DNA from: a virus
Lineage: Duplodnaviria; Caudoviricetes
IMG/VR virus record: IMGVR_UViG_638276472_000001
Coordinates: 14,297 to 78,296 of that record
DNA: 64,000 nt
Strand: one strand, 5' to 3'
In this document: positions 18,590 to 28,365 of the stretch, piece after piece
Layout: each line of letters begins with the position of its first letter
Numbering within the stretch: position 1 is the stretch's first letter
Program-made: the position numbers and the translations under genes
Notes under the pieces: generated by a model
What the model saw: the letters and a program-made list of their open reading frames with translations, nothing else
What the model was told of the DNA's origin: nothing
The model's database searches: none

Positions 18590-20712
18590 TGGCTGACGAA
18601 ACCTTTTGGTGGGCTGAGACTTTCGTCCACCTTGAGACTGGCATTGGATCGGCTGAGGTATTTGGGTTGCCTCAGTTGACGTTTGGTGCTGTTGAGGTCA
18701 GCCCACTTGGCATTGCTACTGGTGAAGCGTTCGGCGCGACCGTGGTCATCGGTCCTCCGCAGTTCGTACACCCGGCTGGTATCGAATCCGCCGAGGCGTT
18801 CGGTCAGCACGCAACTGGGTCTGCGGTTATCCCCGTAGGTATCGAATCGGCTGAGGCTGTTGGCGTTCCAATGTTGGGACCCACCATTCACGCTCTTGGC
18901 ATCGAGTCGGGAGAAGCGTTCGGCGCGACGTTGTTCATCAACCCAGGGAAGCCAGAGTTGGTGGATTTCGCTATCGCAGATGGCAATTCACTTACCATGC
19001 CAGACCATCAGCCGGGAGACCTGCTGCTGTTCTTCGGCTACTTCGATGGCGTGAACCACCCTCACCCGCCGACGCCTTCTGGCTCCAACCCCGCATACTG
19101 GGAGCTGTTTGACCAGAATAACAACCAGAACTCCATTACCGTGGCCGCTGCAATCGCAGAGAGCAATTCCCACACGTCGGGAACGTGGTCTAACACCGAT
19201 GCTCTCGCCTGCGCCGTGCTGAGGGGTGCTGACCCGCTGTACCCTATTGGATATACTTCCGTTGGGTTCGGGTCGGGGTCGAATCAGTCTGTGGCACCAG
19301 AATTGTCGAACTTGTTTGATAAGTCAGGTAAGTCGAACCTGCTCTACGGTCATGGCCACAAGACTGTAACCTCGTGGGGTGCAGCACCCTCCGGATTTAC
19401 ACGCTTGGGGCAGACCAACGCCAACTTTGCGGTGAACGTCAAGGATGACACCACCACTGACGGTGCAGCCACCCAAACCGCGACCACCTCTTCGTCGTCT
19501 GGCTATGGCGGAACGATCATCGAGGTCAAGCAGGCCCCGGTTCCTGGCGTGACATGGACCCGTACCTGGGCTGGTAACGGTACGGTGGATGGCAGCCAGA
19601 CGCAGTGGTATGCCGAAGGCGACCGCATTATCCTTTTCATGGTTCAGGACCGTGCCGTGTCTTTCACCGCTACCGTGGACGGCACTCCGCTGAAGCGCGT
19701 GGCCCTGGTTCAGTTCACCGGCATTGGTGGCGTGGCGATGCTGGCGACTTACATCTCGGAGCCTTTGAGCGAAGGCAACCACACGCTGGAGTGGGATGTG
19801 GGTGCGTGGACTGCCATCTCCGCTCTTCAGGTCACCAATGCCCATGGGGTGTGCGGAATTCCGAAGACCCTGGTGGATACCGGCAATGGATATCATCCCG
19901 TTGATGCTCCAAAGTGCGCTGGTGGGCGTATCTTCCATGCGTTCGGATGTGGCAACAACCCCGGATTCGGCAACCCGACTGGCGGTAACTGGCGTTGGGT
20001 CACGAACAGCAACTCGTCTATCGCCGTCTCGGACTGGGATGATGCCACCGTGTTTGCTGTGACGAAGAGTTCGTCGTCGCCACAGTGGGCTGGCTTGTCG
20101 ATTGACTTTGGCCCACTGGAATCCATGGATGAGAACGCGATTGGGCCGCGATGGGAGAACCCTCCGCAGGTGGTGGACTTCGGCTCTGGTGGAAGCCTTG
20201 AGGGAACTGCTGAGGCTATCGAGGGCGACACTTTGGTGTTCGACTTTATCATCGACCGTGGAACCACAACTCCGCCAACTATTTTGATGAACGGCACGCC
20301 AATGCCGGTGGCCCACTACGTCAACTTCACTGGGGCCTCGTCAAACGCCATGATGGTTCGTTACATCGTCGAGAACGTTCCCGGTGGCACGCTTGAGTTC
20401 GCCTCCAGCGGTGGCAATTTCACGTTCGGCAACTGGACCGCTCAGGCGTCGTTTGTGAGGTGCAACGAAGTTGGTGCTACCACTTCGGTGTTCGGTGCCG
20501 GGGCACCGTCGCAGGACGTGACGCTTGATCCCGGCGAGTTCGCCCTTCAGGCGTTTGGAGGCGTGAACAACCTCAACAGGTGCCGTGGTGGCTTGCAGAT
20601 CAACTACACCAATGACGGTGCCTGCATTACCACACAGGTGGCAGATGAGTCCACGACGTTCACGTGCCCAGCGTCGCAGTACCATGCGGGCATGGTAACC
20701 AAGTTCAACTAA
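18589..20712 (+). CDS. minor tail protein / putative receptor-binding protein
   Basis: 707 aa with N-terminal GIESxEAFG repeats followed by several beta-rich domains. Confidence 0.75.
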   Translation: MADETFWWAETFVHLETGIGSAEVFGLPQLTFGAVEVSPLGIATGEAFGATVVIGPPQFVHPAGIESAEAFGQHATGSAVIPVGIESAEAVGVPMLGPTIHALGIESGEAFGATLFINPGKPELVDFAIADGNSLTMPDHQPGDLLLFFGYFDGVNHPHPPTPSGSNPAYWELFDQNNNQNSITVAAAIAESNSHTSGTWSNTDALACAVLRGADPLYPIGYTSVGFGSGSNQSVAPELSNLFDKSGKSNLLYGHGHKTVTSWGAAPSGFTRLGQTNANFAVNVKDDTTTDGAATQTATTSSSSGYGGTIIEVKQAPVPGVTWTRTWAGNGTVDGSQTQWYAEGDRIILFMVQDRAVSFTATVDGTPLKRVALVQFTGIGGVAMLATYISEPLSEGNHTLEWDVGAWTAISALQVTNAHGVCGIPKTLVDTGNGYHPVDAPKCAGGRIFHAFGCGNNPGFGNPTGGNWRWVTNSNSSIAVSDWDDATVFAVTKSSSSPQWAGLSIDFGPLESMDENAIGPRWENPPQVVDFGSGGSLEGTAEAIEGDTLVFDFIIDRGTTTPPTILMNGTPMPVAHYVNFTGASSNAMMVRYIVENVPGGTLEFASSGGNFTFGNWTAQASFVRCNEVGATTSVFGAGAPSQDVTLDPGEFALQAFGGVNNLNRCRGGLQINYTNDGACITTQVADESTTFTCPASQYHAGMVTKFN

Positions 20713-20721
20713 GGGGAAGAA

Positions 20722-21129
20722 ATGGCAAACGCATTGTACGACAAGGGACGTGAGAAGTTCCTTACTGGTGACATCGACTGGCTGAACGATAACATCAAGG
20801 CCTATCTCATTGACGTTGCGGACTACACCGTAGACCTCGCAAATGATGAGTTCCTTGACGACATCCCCAGCGGGGCAATTGTCGCTACCTCCATCAACCT
20901 CACGTCGAAGACCGCGACCAGCGGCGTGGCCGACGCGGAGAATGTGGTGTTCACTCTCGTGGAGGGTGACCAGTCGGAGGCTGTTGTCTTGGCCAAGGAT
21001 ACGGGCACTGCTGGCACGTCTCCGCTGATTGCCTACATCGACAACGCAACCGGACTTCCGGTGACCCCTAACGGTGGTGACATCACTGTCGTGTGGGACA
21101 ACGGGGGCAATAAGATTTTCAAGTTGTAA
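20722..21129 (+). CDS. virion structural protein
   Basis: MANALYDKGREKFL...PLIAYID...PNGGDITVVW family typical of tail regions. Confidence 0.7.
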   Translation: MANALYDKGREKFLTGDIDWLNDNIKAYLIDVADYTVDLANDEFLDDIPSGAIVATSINLTSKTATSGVADAENVVFTLVEGDQSEAVVLAKDTGTAGTSPLIAYIDNATGLPVTPNGGDITVVWDNGGNKIFKL

Positions 21130-21138
21130 GGGGTTGCT

Positions 21139-21624
21139 ATGAGCTGGGCGAAGATTCTCACTTCACCCCAGCCAATCGAGGGGGCCGCACTTATCATCCC
21201 GGCGCGACACCCGCTACAGATGTGGTTGACTGGTGCGTTGGTGATTTTGGGTGTGATGCAGACGATTTACGGTCCTCCACGCTCGTCGGTCCTGAATGAG
21301 CTTCTGATGTCCACCTTCTTGCTGCACATCGCCATGCCGATCCTGGGCGCGGTGTTGTGTCTGCTGAGTTCGGCGGTGTCGAATAGGAAGCCTTTCGACG
21401 CAATGATTCTCAGTTGCGGTGGCGCGTTCTTCCTCGCGGCTGTGTTCTTGTTTTATGCCGCAACGTATTTCGTGTATCTACCGTATTGGTATGCGTCGTT
21501 TGCGTTTTGGCTGAGCGCTGGTATCGGCATGGGGTTCTTCCACAGGTGGTGCCAGTTGGTCGTGCAGTTCATCACCGTGAAGCGTAAGGGGTTGGTTGAT
21601 CCGCTGCGAGGGTTGGAGCCATAA
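21139..21624 (+). CDS. membrane protein (about 4 TM)
   Basis: Four hydrophobic segments, upstream of lysin. Confidence 0.75.
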   Translation: MSWAKILTSPQPIEGAALIIPARHPLQMWLTGALVILGVMQTIYGPPRSSVLNELLMSTFLLHIAMPILGAVLCLLSSAVSNRKPFDAMILSCGGAFFLAAVFLFYAATYFVYLPYWYASFAFWLSAGIGMGFFHRWCQLVVQFITVKRKGLVDPLRGLEP

Positions 21625-21989
21625 TGGACTGGTGGCAGACGACTCTTCTGAGCGTCCTGACCGCTGGTGTCGGCATCATGCTAACTATGCTCCTCAACCG
21701 CAACAAGGACGCCAATGCTTTGGCGCACAAGGCAATCAACTCTACCCGTGCCCAGTTCGAGGTGATCGAAACCTTGAAGACCATCTCGTGGTTGCAGGCT
21801 GTTCGCCTGGACGAGTGGGAGAATTGGGGTAGGGAGGCCACTCAGGTGTTTAATGAGACGGCACGGATTCATGAGGAATGTGGATGCAACACTTCGCATC
21901 TCCCGCGAATGCCATCTCCACCCGAGGGGCATCTTGATCTACGACGTTACTGGCGACAGATTGAAGAGGCTGTCGCAGACAAGGAGTAG
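21624..21989 (+). CDS. membrane protein (1 TM plus coiled coil)
   Basis: N-terminal TM, TAATG overlap with previous gene. Confidence 0.7.
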   Translation: MDWWQTTLLSVLTAGVGIMLTMLLNRNKDANALAHKAINSTRAQFEVIETLKTISWLQAVRLDEWENWGREATQVFNETARIHEECGCNTSHLPRMPSPPEGHLDLRRYWRQIEEAVADKE

Positions 21990-21991
21990 TA

Positions 21992-23500
21992 ATGGATGTA
22001 GGGACTTTGCGTCGTGTCATGTCTCCTACTGATGTTTCTGACGCGAAGCTGGCTGAGTATCTTCCGCATTTCGTGGAGGCGATGAACGCTGCCCAGATCA
22101 ATAATCAGCGTCGCTTTGCTGCGTGGTGTTCTCAGATTGGGCACGAGTCGGGTGGCCTCAAGTATATGGCTGAGATCAAGACATCCGATCCTAACTGGAG
22201 TTGGGACCGTACTCGTTACCGTGGCCGTGGACCTATTCAGTTGACGTGGCAGAGCAATTACCGCAAGTTCGGTGTGTGGTGCAAGAAGATGGGCTACGTG
22301 TCGGACAGTGAGCTGTTTGTGAATCAGCCCGAGCTTGTGGAGCAGCCTCGTTGGGGTTTCCTTGCGGCGGCGTGGTATTGGATGGAGGGTGGCCCAAAGC
22401 CGGGGCAGATCAACGGATTCGCGGACGCTGGGAATATTCTGGCTGTGTCGCGTTGTGTGAATGGTTGGGTGGAGTCGCAGCTTCCGAATGGCTGGACGGA
22501 TCGTCAGGCTCGATGGAATCGCGTGCTGGCCATCCCGTTTGATGGGTCCTACACTCCTGCCACTACTCCTGAGCCTGGGTTCACTGGTGACCCGTGGTGG
22601 CTGGCTGATGTGTTGCGCGCGGAGGGTCTTCGCGTGTTCGAGGTGGATGGTTGGCAGAACCGTGGCCAGGGCGACCAGGGAACTTTCTGGGGGGTCATGT
22701 TCCACCACACTGGTTCTCCGAACGAGACTCCGGAGGGCATTGCCTTCCACCCGACTTTGGGTTTGGCTGCCCACATTCTGATCAAGCCGAACGGCGACGT
22801 GTGGGTGTGTGGTATCGGTAAGGCGAACCACGCTGGTCGTGGCGATTATCCTGGCCTGCCTACAAACAACGCGAACCCGGTGATGATCGGCGTCGAGGTG
22901 GCGATCCTGCCTCGCAAGGATGCTCCGCACCGTGAGGGCTGGCCAGATGTGCAGTACGACGCAACTGTGAAGGTGCATGCGGCTATTCTCCGCAAGCTGG
23001 GGTTGCGTGCCGATAGGTGTATCTCGCACCGTGAGTGGGGCGAGCGCGCGCAGGGCAAGTGGGACCCTGGCGCTATTGACATGAACATTCATCGTCGGGA
23101 CGTGCAGGCCCGTATCGATTCGTTTAATCCCGTTGGGGGAGATGGAGGTTGGCTGATGGCTCTCTCGGATGCAGAGCAGCGTGAGCTTCTGGACAAGGTT
23201 CGTCAGCTATGGGGCGCGTCGTTTAATCCCGTTGGGGACACTGCGATCTTCGGTAATCCTGACCCGAACCACAAGATCCCGAACAAGGATCGCTTGACCT
23301 ACACCGATGGCAATGTGTGGGATTCGCACGTGGCGGATCTGGCGAAGGCTGGTGTGGATTGGGCCATCGAGATTGTGGTTCGCACCGCAGCGGGTCGTGG
23401 GCCTCTTGGTGATGTGGATTGGGTGAAGGCATACGCCGTGAGCGTGCTGGAGTCGATCCCGAATAAGGAAGAGGTGCTGGGGAATTGGGACCCATCGTGA
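21992..23500 (+). CDS. lysA: lysin A (GH19-like plus amidase_2 domains)
   Basis: QIGHESGGLKY and YRGRGPIQLTW (GH19). FHHTG, ANHAG, IGVEV and SHREW...KWDPG (amidase). Confidence 0.93.
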   Translation: MDVGTLRRVMSPTDVSDAKLAEYLPHFVEAMNAAQINNQRRFAAWCSQIGHESGGLKYMAEIKTSDPNWSWDRTRYRGRGPIQLTWQSNYRKFGVWCKKMGYVSDSELFVNQPELVEQPRWGFLAAAWYWMEGGPKPGQINGFADAGNILAVSRCVNGWVESQLPNGWTDRQARWNRVLAIPFDGSYTPATTPEPGFTGDPWWLADVLRAEGLRVFEVDGWQNRGQGDQGTFWGVMFHHTGSPNETPEGIAFHPTLGLAAHILIKPNGDVWVCGIGKANHAGRGDYPGLPTNNANPVMIGVEVAILPRKDAPHREGWPDVQYDATVKVHAAILRKLGLRADRCISHREWGERAQGKWDPGAIDMNIHRRDVQARIDSFNPVGGDGGWLMALSDAEQRELLDKVRQLWGASFNPVGDTAIFGNPDPNHKIPNKDRLTYTDGNVWDSHVADLAKAGVDWAIEIVVRTAAGRGPLGDVDWVKAYAVSVLESIPNKEEVLGNWDPS

Positions 23501-23652
23501 GCGATTGGCTCTATGACGCTGGTGCGTGGACGGGACGGAATCTAGTAGCCCCGTTCCTTGACGGGCTTTTGGACGAGGTGGGACCTGTTGTCTCCAAGCA
23601 TGTTTCGGAGCGTGTCTCGCCAAAGAATTGGTTGAAGGGATTGTTCTCGTGA
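23497..23652 (+). CDS. small hypothetical protein (51 aa, not in ORF track)
   Basis: MSDWLYDAGAW...LFS, with GTGA overlaps at both ends. Confidence 0.65.
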   Translation: MSDWLYDAGAWTGRNLVAPFLDGLLDEVGPVVSKHVSERVSPKNWLKGLFS

Positions 23653-24080
23653 GTGAGAAGATCAAGGAATATGCGAAGGCTATCACTGCCTTCATCACCA
23701 CTGCCGCTGTACTTGCGGGTGCGGTTCTAGCCGTGCCGGGGATCACCCTGTTGCTTCCGGCTACGTGGATCACCGTCCTGGGCATCGTGGCGGCTGCCGG
23801 TGTCGTGGGTGGTGTTGTTGCCGGTTCGCCAGCGAACAAGATCCCACCGGACAAGCTCAAGGATGCTGTGGTGAATGAGGTTGTTGAGGTGGCCAAGGGC
23901 GCTACGTCGTCGGTGCAGAAGGCGATCCGTGAGTACATGGACAACGCCTCGCAGCAGTTCCCGATGCCAGCAAAGACGCAGGTTACGGAGATTGGCAACC
24001 AGCTTCCACGTGTTGTACGTGACACCGTGGATTCTGTTGTGAACCAGGTTATTCAGGAATACCAGTCGAAGGTTAAGTAA
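23649..24080 (+). CDS. holin
   Basis: Two TM helices, YAKAITA motif, located between lysA and lysB. Confidence 0.75.
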   Translation: MSEKIKEYAKAITAFITTAAVLAGAVLAVPGITLLLPATWITVLGIVAAAGVVGGVVAGSPANKIPPDKLKDAVVNEVVEVAKGATSSVQKAIREYMDNASQQFPMPAKTQVTEIGNQLPRVVRDTVDSVVNQVIQEYQSKVK

Positions 24081-25045
24081 TGCGTGTAGCAGGTCAGTGG
24101 GTTGGCTGGGGCCTTGGGGATATCGATCCCAAGGTTCAGGATATGAAGCGCTTCCTCAAGCGCAAGTTCTCGTATGCCCGTGAGTCCCTTGATGATTCAG
24201 AGGTGTACGACGAGACCATGATGCGTGTCGTCATGCAGATGCAGGCCAACTATGGCGACCTAGACATCACGGGTGTGATGAACTACGCCACCCAGGTTCG
24301 CAGTGGTTACCTGAAGGTTGAGAAGCCGCCGCTTCCAACGCTTTACACCGTGCATGGCACTGGCGTGTCGATGTGGGACGGTCCCCCTGCGGACTGTGCT
24401 CGTCGCCTGCTGGACAAGTACCGCTGGCAGCCGGTGGGTAACTATCCCGCGTCCGCGTTCCCGATGTGGCCTTCCATTCAGGCTGGCTGCCTCGAATTGA
24501 ATCGCCTGATCGAATCCACCCCAGGGAAGTTCACGCTTGCCGGGTACTCGCAGGGTGCCATGGTGACCAGCATCGTCTACAAGTACGACCTGCTGGACCC
24601 TATGGGCCGTCTGCATCATCGCCTCCCAGATTTCATGGGTGGTGTCACGTGGGGCAATCCGATGCGCGAGATGGGCAAGGCGTGGACCGATGGTGTCGGC
24701 GCGGTGGCAGGACAGAACAATGGCGGTATTGCGGAGGACCGCCTTGTCGGAACCCCTTGGAATTGGCGCGATTACGCACACAAGGGCGACCTGTACACTG
24801 ACTGCGAGTTCGATGACGAGGGTGAGTACAAGCGCTCCGTGTGCAAGATTGTCATGGGGCATAACGTATTTGGTGGACCTGATTCGATTCTGCGTCAGGT
24901 GATCGAGCTGGGGCTTGACCCGTTCGGTGAGGCCATCCCGATGATCAAGGCTATCTCGGATGCGGGCATGTTCTTCATCAACCGCACCACGCCTCACATC
25001 AACTACAACGTGGGTCCCGCAGTCGATTTTCTCGCAGGACTGTAG
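24080..25045 (+). CDS. lysB: lysin B (mycolylarabinogalactan esterase, cutinase-like)
   Basis: GYSQG nucleophile elbow, GNPMR, GDLY, C-terminal His, N-terminal PG-binding-like domain. Confidence 0.95.
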   Translation: MRVAGQWVGWGLGDIDPKVQDMKRFLKRKFSYARESLDDSEVYDETMMRVVMQMQANYGDLDITGVMNYATQVRSGYLKVEKPPLPTLYTVHGTGVSMWDGPPADCARRLLDKYRWQPVGNYPASAFPMWPSIQAGCLELNRLIESTPGKFTLAGYSQGAMVTSIVYKYDLLDPMGRLHHRLPDFMGGVTWGNPMREMGKAWTDGVGAVAGQNNGGIAEDRLVGTPWNWRDYAHKGDLYTDCEFDDEGEYKRSVCKIVMGHNVFGGPDSILRQVIELGLDPFGEAIPMIKAISDAGMFFINRTTPHINYNVGPAVDFLAGL

Positions 25046-25047
25046 GG

Positions 25048-25053
25048 TATGAT
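25048..25053 (+). promoter_or_regulatory. -10 box for a probably leaderless nrdH transcript
   Basis: TATGAT 6 nt before ATG, no SD. Confidence 0.45.
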
Positions 25054-25059
25054 TGTCGT

Positions 25060-25308
25060 ATGGACGTAACGATTTTCAGCAATCCCGGCTGCCGTCTCTG
25101 TGTAGCCACAAAGAACAAGTTCGAAACCAAGGGCATCCCCGTGCATGAGGTCGTCATTGACGAGCTTCCTGAGGAATATCAGGAACGGGTGAAGGGGATC
25201 GGCTACACCGCTCTCCCCATCGTGATGGTGTACACCTCTGATGAAGATGAGGTTCCGGAAGTGTGGTCGGGTTACCGTCCTGAGATCATCCGAGAATTGG
25301 TAGCGTAG
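25060..25308 (+). CDS. nrdH: NrdH-like glutaredoxin
   Basis: CRLC, LPIV and WSGYRPE motifs. Confidence 0.9.
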   Translation: MDVTIFSNPGCRLCVATKNKFETKGIPVHEVVIDELPEEYQERVKGIGYTALPIVMVYTSDEDEVPEVWSGYRPEIIRELVA

Positions 25309-25338
25309 CGCCCTCTATTTGCCCCATAGACAGAAGAA

Positions 25339-25377
25339 ACCCCCACCGGACGTGTGATCCGATGGGGGTAACTTTTT
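25339..25377 (+). terminator. intrinsic terminator between convergent operons
   Basis: ACCCCCA-CCGGA...TCCGA-TGGGGGT hairpin followed by a T run, with an A-rich run on the other side. Confidence 0.7.
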
Positions 25378-25383
25378 GGGAGC

Positions 25384-25689
25384 TTACAGCGTGATATCGG
25401 GGGGCATCTGGAACTTCGGGGGGATGCCCTCAGCCGCGCGAACCGCAGCGTCGCAGCCTTCCAGTGCCGCCACAATGGCGTCAGGGTTACCGTCCGCCGC
25501 GAGCAGAAGAGCCTTGTCCGCTTCCCAGCCGCCGACGACGAGGGCCAGTGCGGTGCCCATCGCGCGGAGCACATCCTGAAGCTCGGTGCCGATGCCCGTT
25601 GCCTGGGATGCGTGGTACATCTGGTTGATCCGAATGGCCAACTTGGACGCTTCGTCTACGATGCCCTTGTAGTCGTTCGCGGGGATCAT
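25384..25689 (-). CDS. hypothetical protein
   Basis: 101 aa, ATGA overlap in the leftward operon. Confidence 0.75.
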   Translation of the reverse strand: MIPANDYKGIVDEASKLAIRINQMYHASQATGIGTELQDVLRAMGTALALVVGGWEADKALLLAADGNPDAIVAALEGCDAAVRAAEGIPPKFQMPPDITL

Positions 25690-25958
25690 GAGCGTTCCGC
25701 CTTTCGCGCGACGGCTGCCGCCTCCACAATGCCGACGATCTTCTCCATGTCGTTCTCGGAGAGAAGCTGGAAGGCCTCAGTGGCGGTCTTGCCTGCGAGC
25801 ACGAGGCTCAGCACGATGGTGGTGGCGTCCAGCGTCTTCAGCTTCGCGTGGCTGACTGGCGAATCGTCAACCGCCTCAATGGCTTCCGCAGCTTCAGTGT
25901 AGACACGAACGACCTGAGCAATCTGGCTCTGAAGGTTTTCGTACTTGGAATCACTCAT
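25686..25958 (-). CDS. hypothetical protein
   Basis: 90 aa, coupled to neighbours. Confidence 0.75.
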   Translation of the reverse strand: MSDSKYENLQSQIAQVVRVYTEAAEAIEAVDDSPVSHAKLKTLDATTIVLSLVLAGKTATEAFQLLSENDMEKIVGIVEAAAVARKAERS

Positions 25959-26250
25959 CGTTCAACAACTTTCGTAGTTCGTCGTCCAGGCCCGACGCTT
26001 CCCGTTGGGCCAACTTCTCTGCGCCGCGCTGAAGAATCGCCATACACGCTTCATGCCCAGCCTCCACGGCTTCGATTGCCTCGATGACATTCGCCCCGGC
26101 GACAATCAGGTTGAGCACCCGCGCCGTACCGAAGAGAACTCCCGCCACCTTTTGGTCTCCCATGTGTGCAGCCACTCGTGCTGCCTCATAGGTTCCGAGG
26201 GCGAAGTCGGCAATCTCCGATTCGAGATCGGGGTTGATCAGCTCATTCAC
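25951..26250 (-). CDS. hypothetical protein
   Basis: GTG start overlapping the upstream stop (VNELINPD...). Confidence 0.7.
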   Translation of the reverse strand: MNELINPDLESEIADFALGTYEAARVAAHMGDQKVAGVLFGTARVLNLIVAGANVIEAIEAVEAGHEACMAILQRGAEKLAQREASGLDDELRKLLNDE

Positions 26251-26480
26251 TGTTCGTACACCAGCAGCGCGGGGAATGCGTCGTCCCGCAGGTCGTCCAC
26301 GGGGTGGATTTCGAACGGCGCTCCGACGAAGTACCACTGCCCGCTGATGTTCTGCAACGCCATGTCGGCGCGCATGTCGCTGTCGGGGATGGTGGTGTTG
26401 ACCCCGATGATGACGACGGAGCCTACGGGCAGCGCCTCCAGCTCAGCGGCGCTTGCGATTTCACGATTCAACGCACCCAT
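26247..26480 (-). CDS. hypothetical protein
   Basis: ELEALPVGSVV motif common in actinophage small proteins. Confidence 0.75.
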   Translation of the reverse strand: MGALNREIASAAELEALPVGSVVIIGVNTTIPDSDMRADMALQNISGQWYFVGAPFEIHPVDDLRDDAFPALLVYEQ

Positions 26481-27217
26481 GATTTCGCCTTCCAGAAGTC
26501 CAAGTACATGTCAGTCACCAGGTCGGTGACCTCTTCCTCGCTCACCCTATCAGGCACGTCGGTCTCGAAAACTGCTTTATCTAGCATGTCTAACGATAGA
26601 TCGACGTAAGTCTCGACGGCGTCGAGAGCTACCCTCCCGCAACGGATGTCGAGCAGCAGGTCACGCATGGTCTGCGTCATGGGGAGGTAGAGTTCCCCAC
26701 ATGTGAGAAGTTCAGTAGCCTGAACCCCAATGCGCACAGCGTGATACGCGGCCTTGGGGTCGTATTCCCTTTCCAGCCGCTTCTTCTGCGAGAAGAGATA
26801 CCCGGTGGCCGAGACGGCAAGTTGCTTGGTGATGAACATCTTTCGATATCCCCGAAGCCGGGTGCCCAGATAGTCGATGATGTGTACCTTGTCCATGGGC
26901 GTCCACAGCATGGTGATGGCTCCGAAGTCACCCTTGCACGCCAGCCTGGCCCAGCTTCTCAGCGTGTAGATGGTGCCCTCTGTCGATCCCGGTGGGGTCT
27001 TTGCGTATTCGGGGATGGGATTGCCCGATGGGCCAGTGCGGAAACGGTAACTCTGAAAGTTCTTGTGGGGACTGAACACAACCGATGGGGATTCGATACA
27101 CACACCCTTGAGGTCCACGTCCGAGGTGGGGAGATCGGTCCCCATTACGGTAGAGCCGGTTTCGGCGAGGTAGATCAAGCCTTCGCAGGCGATCTGAGAA
27201 CTCGTGGGATCACTCAT
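26468..27217 (-). CDS. DNA polymerase beta superfamily nucleotidyltransferase (RlaP/YcgL-like)
   Basis: GSTVMGTDLPTSDVDLKGV (GS...DxD) and KAAYHAVR helical C-domain. Confidence 0.85.
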   Translation of the reverse strand: MSDPTSSQIACEGLIYLAETGSTVMGTDLPTSDVDLKGVCIESPSVVFSPHKNFQSYRFRTGPSGNPIPEYAKTPPGSTEGTIYTLRSWARLACKGDFGAITMLWTPMDKVHIIDYLGTRLRGYRKMFITKQLAVSATGYLFSQKKRLEREYDPKAAYHAVRIGVQATELLTCGELYLPMTQTMRDLLLDIRCGRVALDAVETYVDLSLDMLDKAVFETDVPDRVSEEEVTDLVTDMYLDFWKAKSWVR

Positions 27218-27476
27218 CTTCCAGCTCCCTGATCGCGGCTGACAACATGTCACGGATGCCCCGCAACTCTTCCAGATCCAGCCTTCCGCACACCCATCCC
27301 TGAGTGCCAGAACTGTTGGTGCGCTTGAACTCCACAATCTTTCCGTACTGCCGAGCGTCAAAGGAGTTTTCGGGAAGCTTGATGATCTGCCAGTGCTCTT
27401 CCCCAACCCACTCGTTGTTGTTGTGGATGTAGAGAGCGACAACGTTCTCTCCAAACTGATTCTGGTACTGGCTCAT
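27210..27476 (-). CDS. hypothetical protein
   Basis: 88 aa, first gene of the leftward operon. Confidence 0.7.
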   Translation of the reverse strand: MSQYQNQFGENVVALYIHNNNEWVGEEHWQIIKLPENSFDARQYGKIVEFKRTNSSGTQGWVCGRLDLEELRGIRDMLSAAIRELEDE

Positions 27477-27823
27477 GGGTGGGAGGTTACCTCGTTTCGT
27501 TTTTCGCGCCCGCGCCTAGTAGCGTTCCCCTGTTTCGTAACGACGGCAACGTGATCAACCGGAAGCTTGCGTACCCGTCTTCTGTCATTCCCTCATCCCT
27601 AGCTCGAAGAAGGTAAGTAGCTACGTCACTTGACCTTGGCTGCTCTCCCGCGCCGCGCGGCGCAAGCTCACACTCGCTTCGCTCGGCTCGGGTCGTGCTT
27701 CGCACTCATCCTCTACGCGAGTATCTAAGACGAACGACCGTTCGATAGGAATGATTTCCCAGCTCAAGCCACGTAGTGACCGTTGTCTCAAGGTGAATGC
27801 TGAGCCGCCCTAGCATATGAGAC
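27477..27823. promoter_or_regulatory. divergent promoter region
   Basis: 347-bp gap between divergent operons. TAGCAT lies 7 nt before ATG 27824, which has no SD. Confidence 0.55.
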
Positions 27824-28123
27824 ATGTTGAACTTTGCAGGACAGCAGATCGCAAGGAACGACTTCATCGGACAGGTGGCCCGCACCAACCAGGGCCTACG
27901 CCGCCGCATTGGAGTTGTCTTGGGCGACACCATGGGTGAGTACAAGGGTCAGCCGCAACCTCAGCTCCGTGTCATCTGGGCCGAGTACGATCAGACCACC
28001 AAGCGCTGGGACATCTCGAATGGTGTTGTGGCACCGGAGAATGTGTTCAAGCTGGAGCCAAGCACGCTGCCCCCGACGACGGTTCGCGGTCTCAAGATCG
28101 CAGCCGCTCGGGGATACGCGTGA
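27824..28123 (+). CDS. hypothetical protein
   Basis: 99 aa. Resembles 39792..40082 in layout (GQxI...V.W...V.K.dP). Confidence 0.75.
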   Translation: MLNFAGQQIARNDFIGQVARTNQGLRRRIGVVLGDTMGEYKGQPQPQLRVIWAEYDQTTKRWDISNGVVAPENVFKLEPSTLPPTTVRGLKIAAARGYA

Positions 28124-28365
28124 ACCCTGAACGACGCATCACGGAAATCATCGAGGCCCACCAGCCTGACGAGCATGCCGGTCACCTAGCCAACGAACGT
28201 TGGTGTAAAGGCTGCCCGCGCAACTCATTTCGCGTTTGGCCCTGGTCTGAGTTCCCCGCTCACCAGGCAGAGATGATCATGAACGAACTAGGCATTCACC
28301 GTGTGCGTCACAGCTTTTGGTCCTGGGGACGCAGGAAAACACGACACTATTGGAGACTCCGATGA
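28120..28365 (+). CDS. hypothetical protein
   Basis: CxxC...HQA motif, GTGA overlap. Confidence 0.7.
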   Translation: MNPERRITEIIEAHQPDEHAGHLANERWCKGCPRNSFRVWPWSEFPAHQAEMIMNELGIHRVRHSFWSWGRRKTRHYWRLR

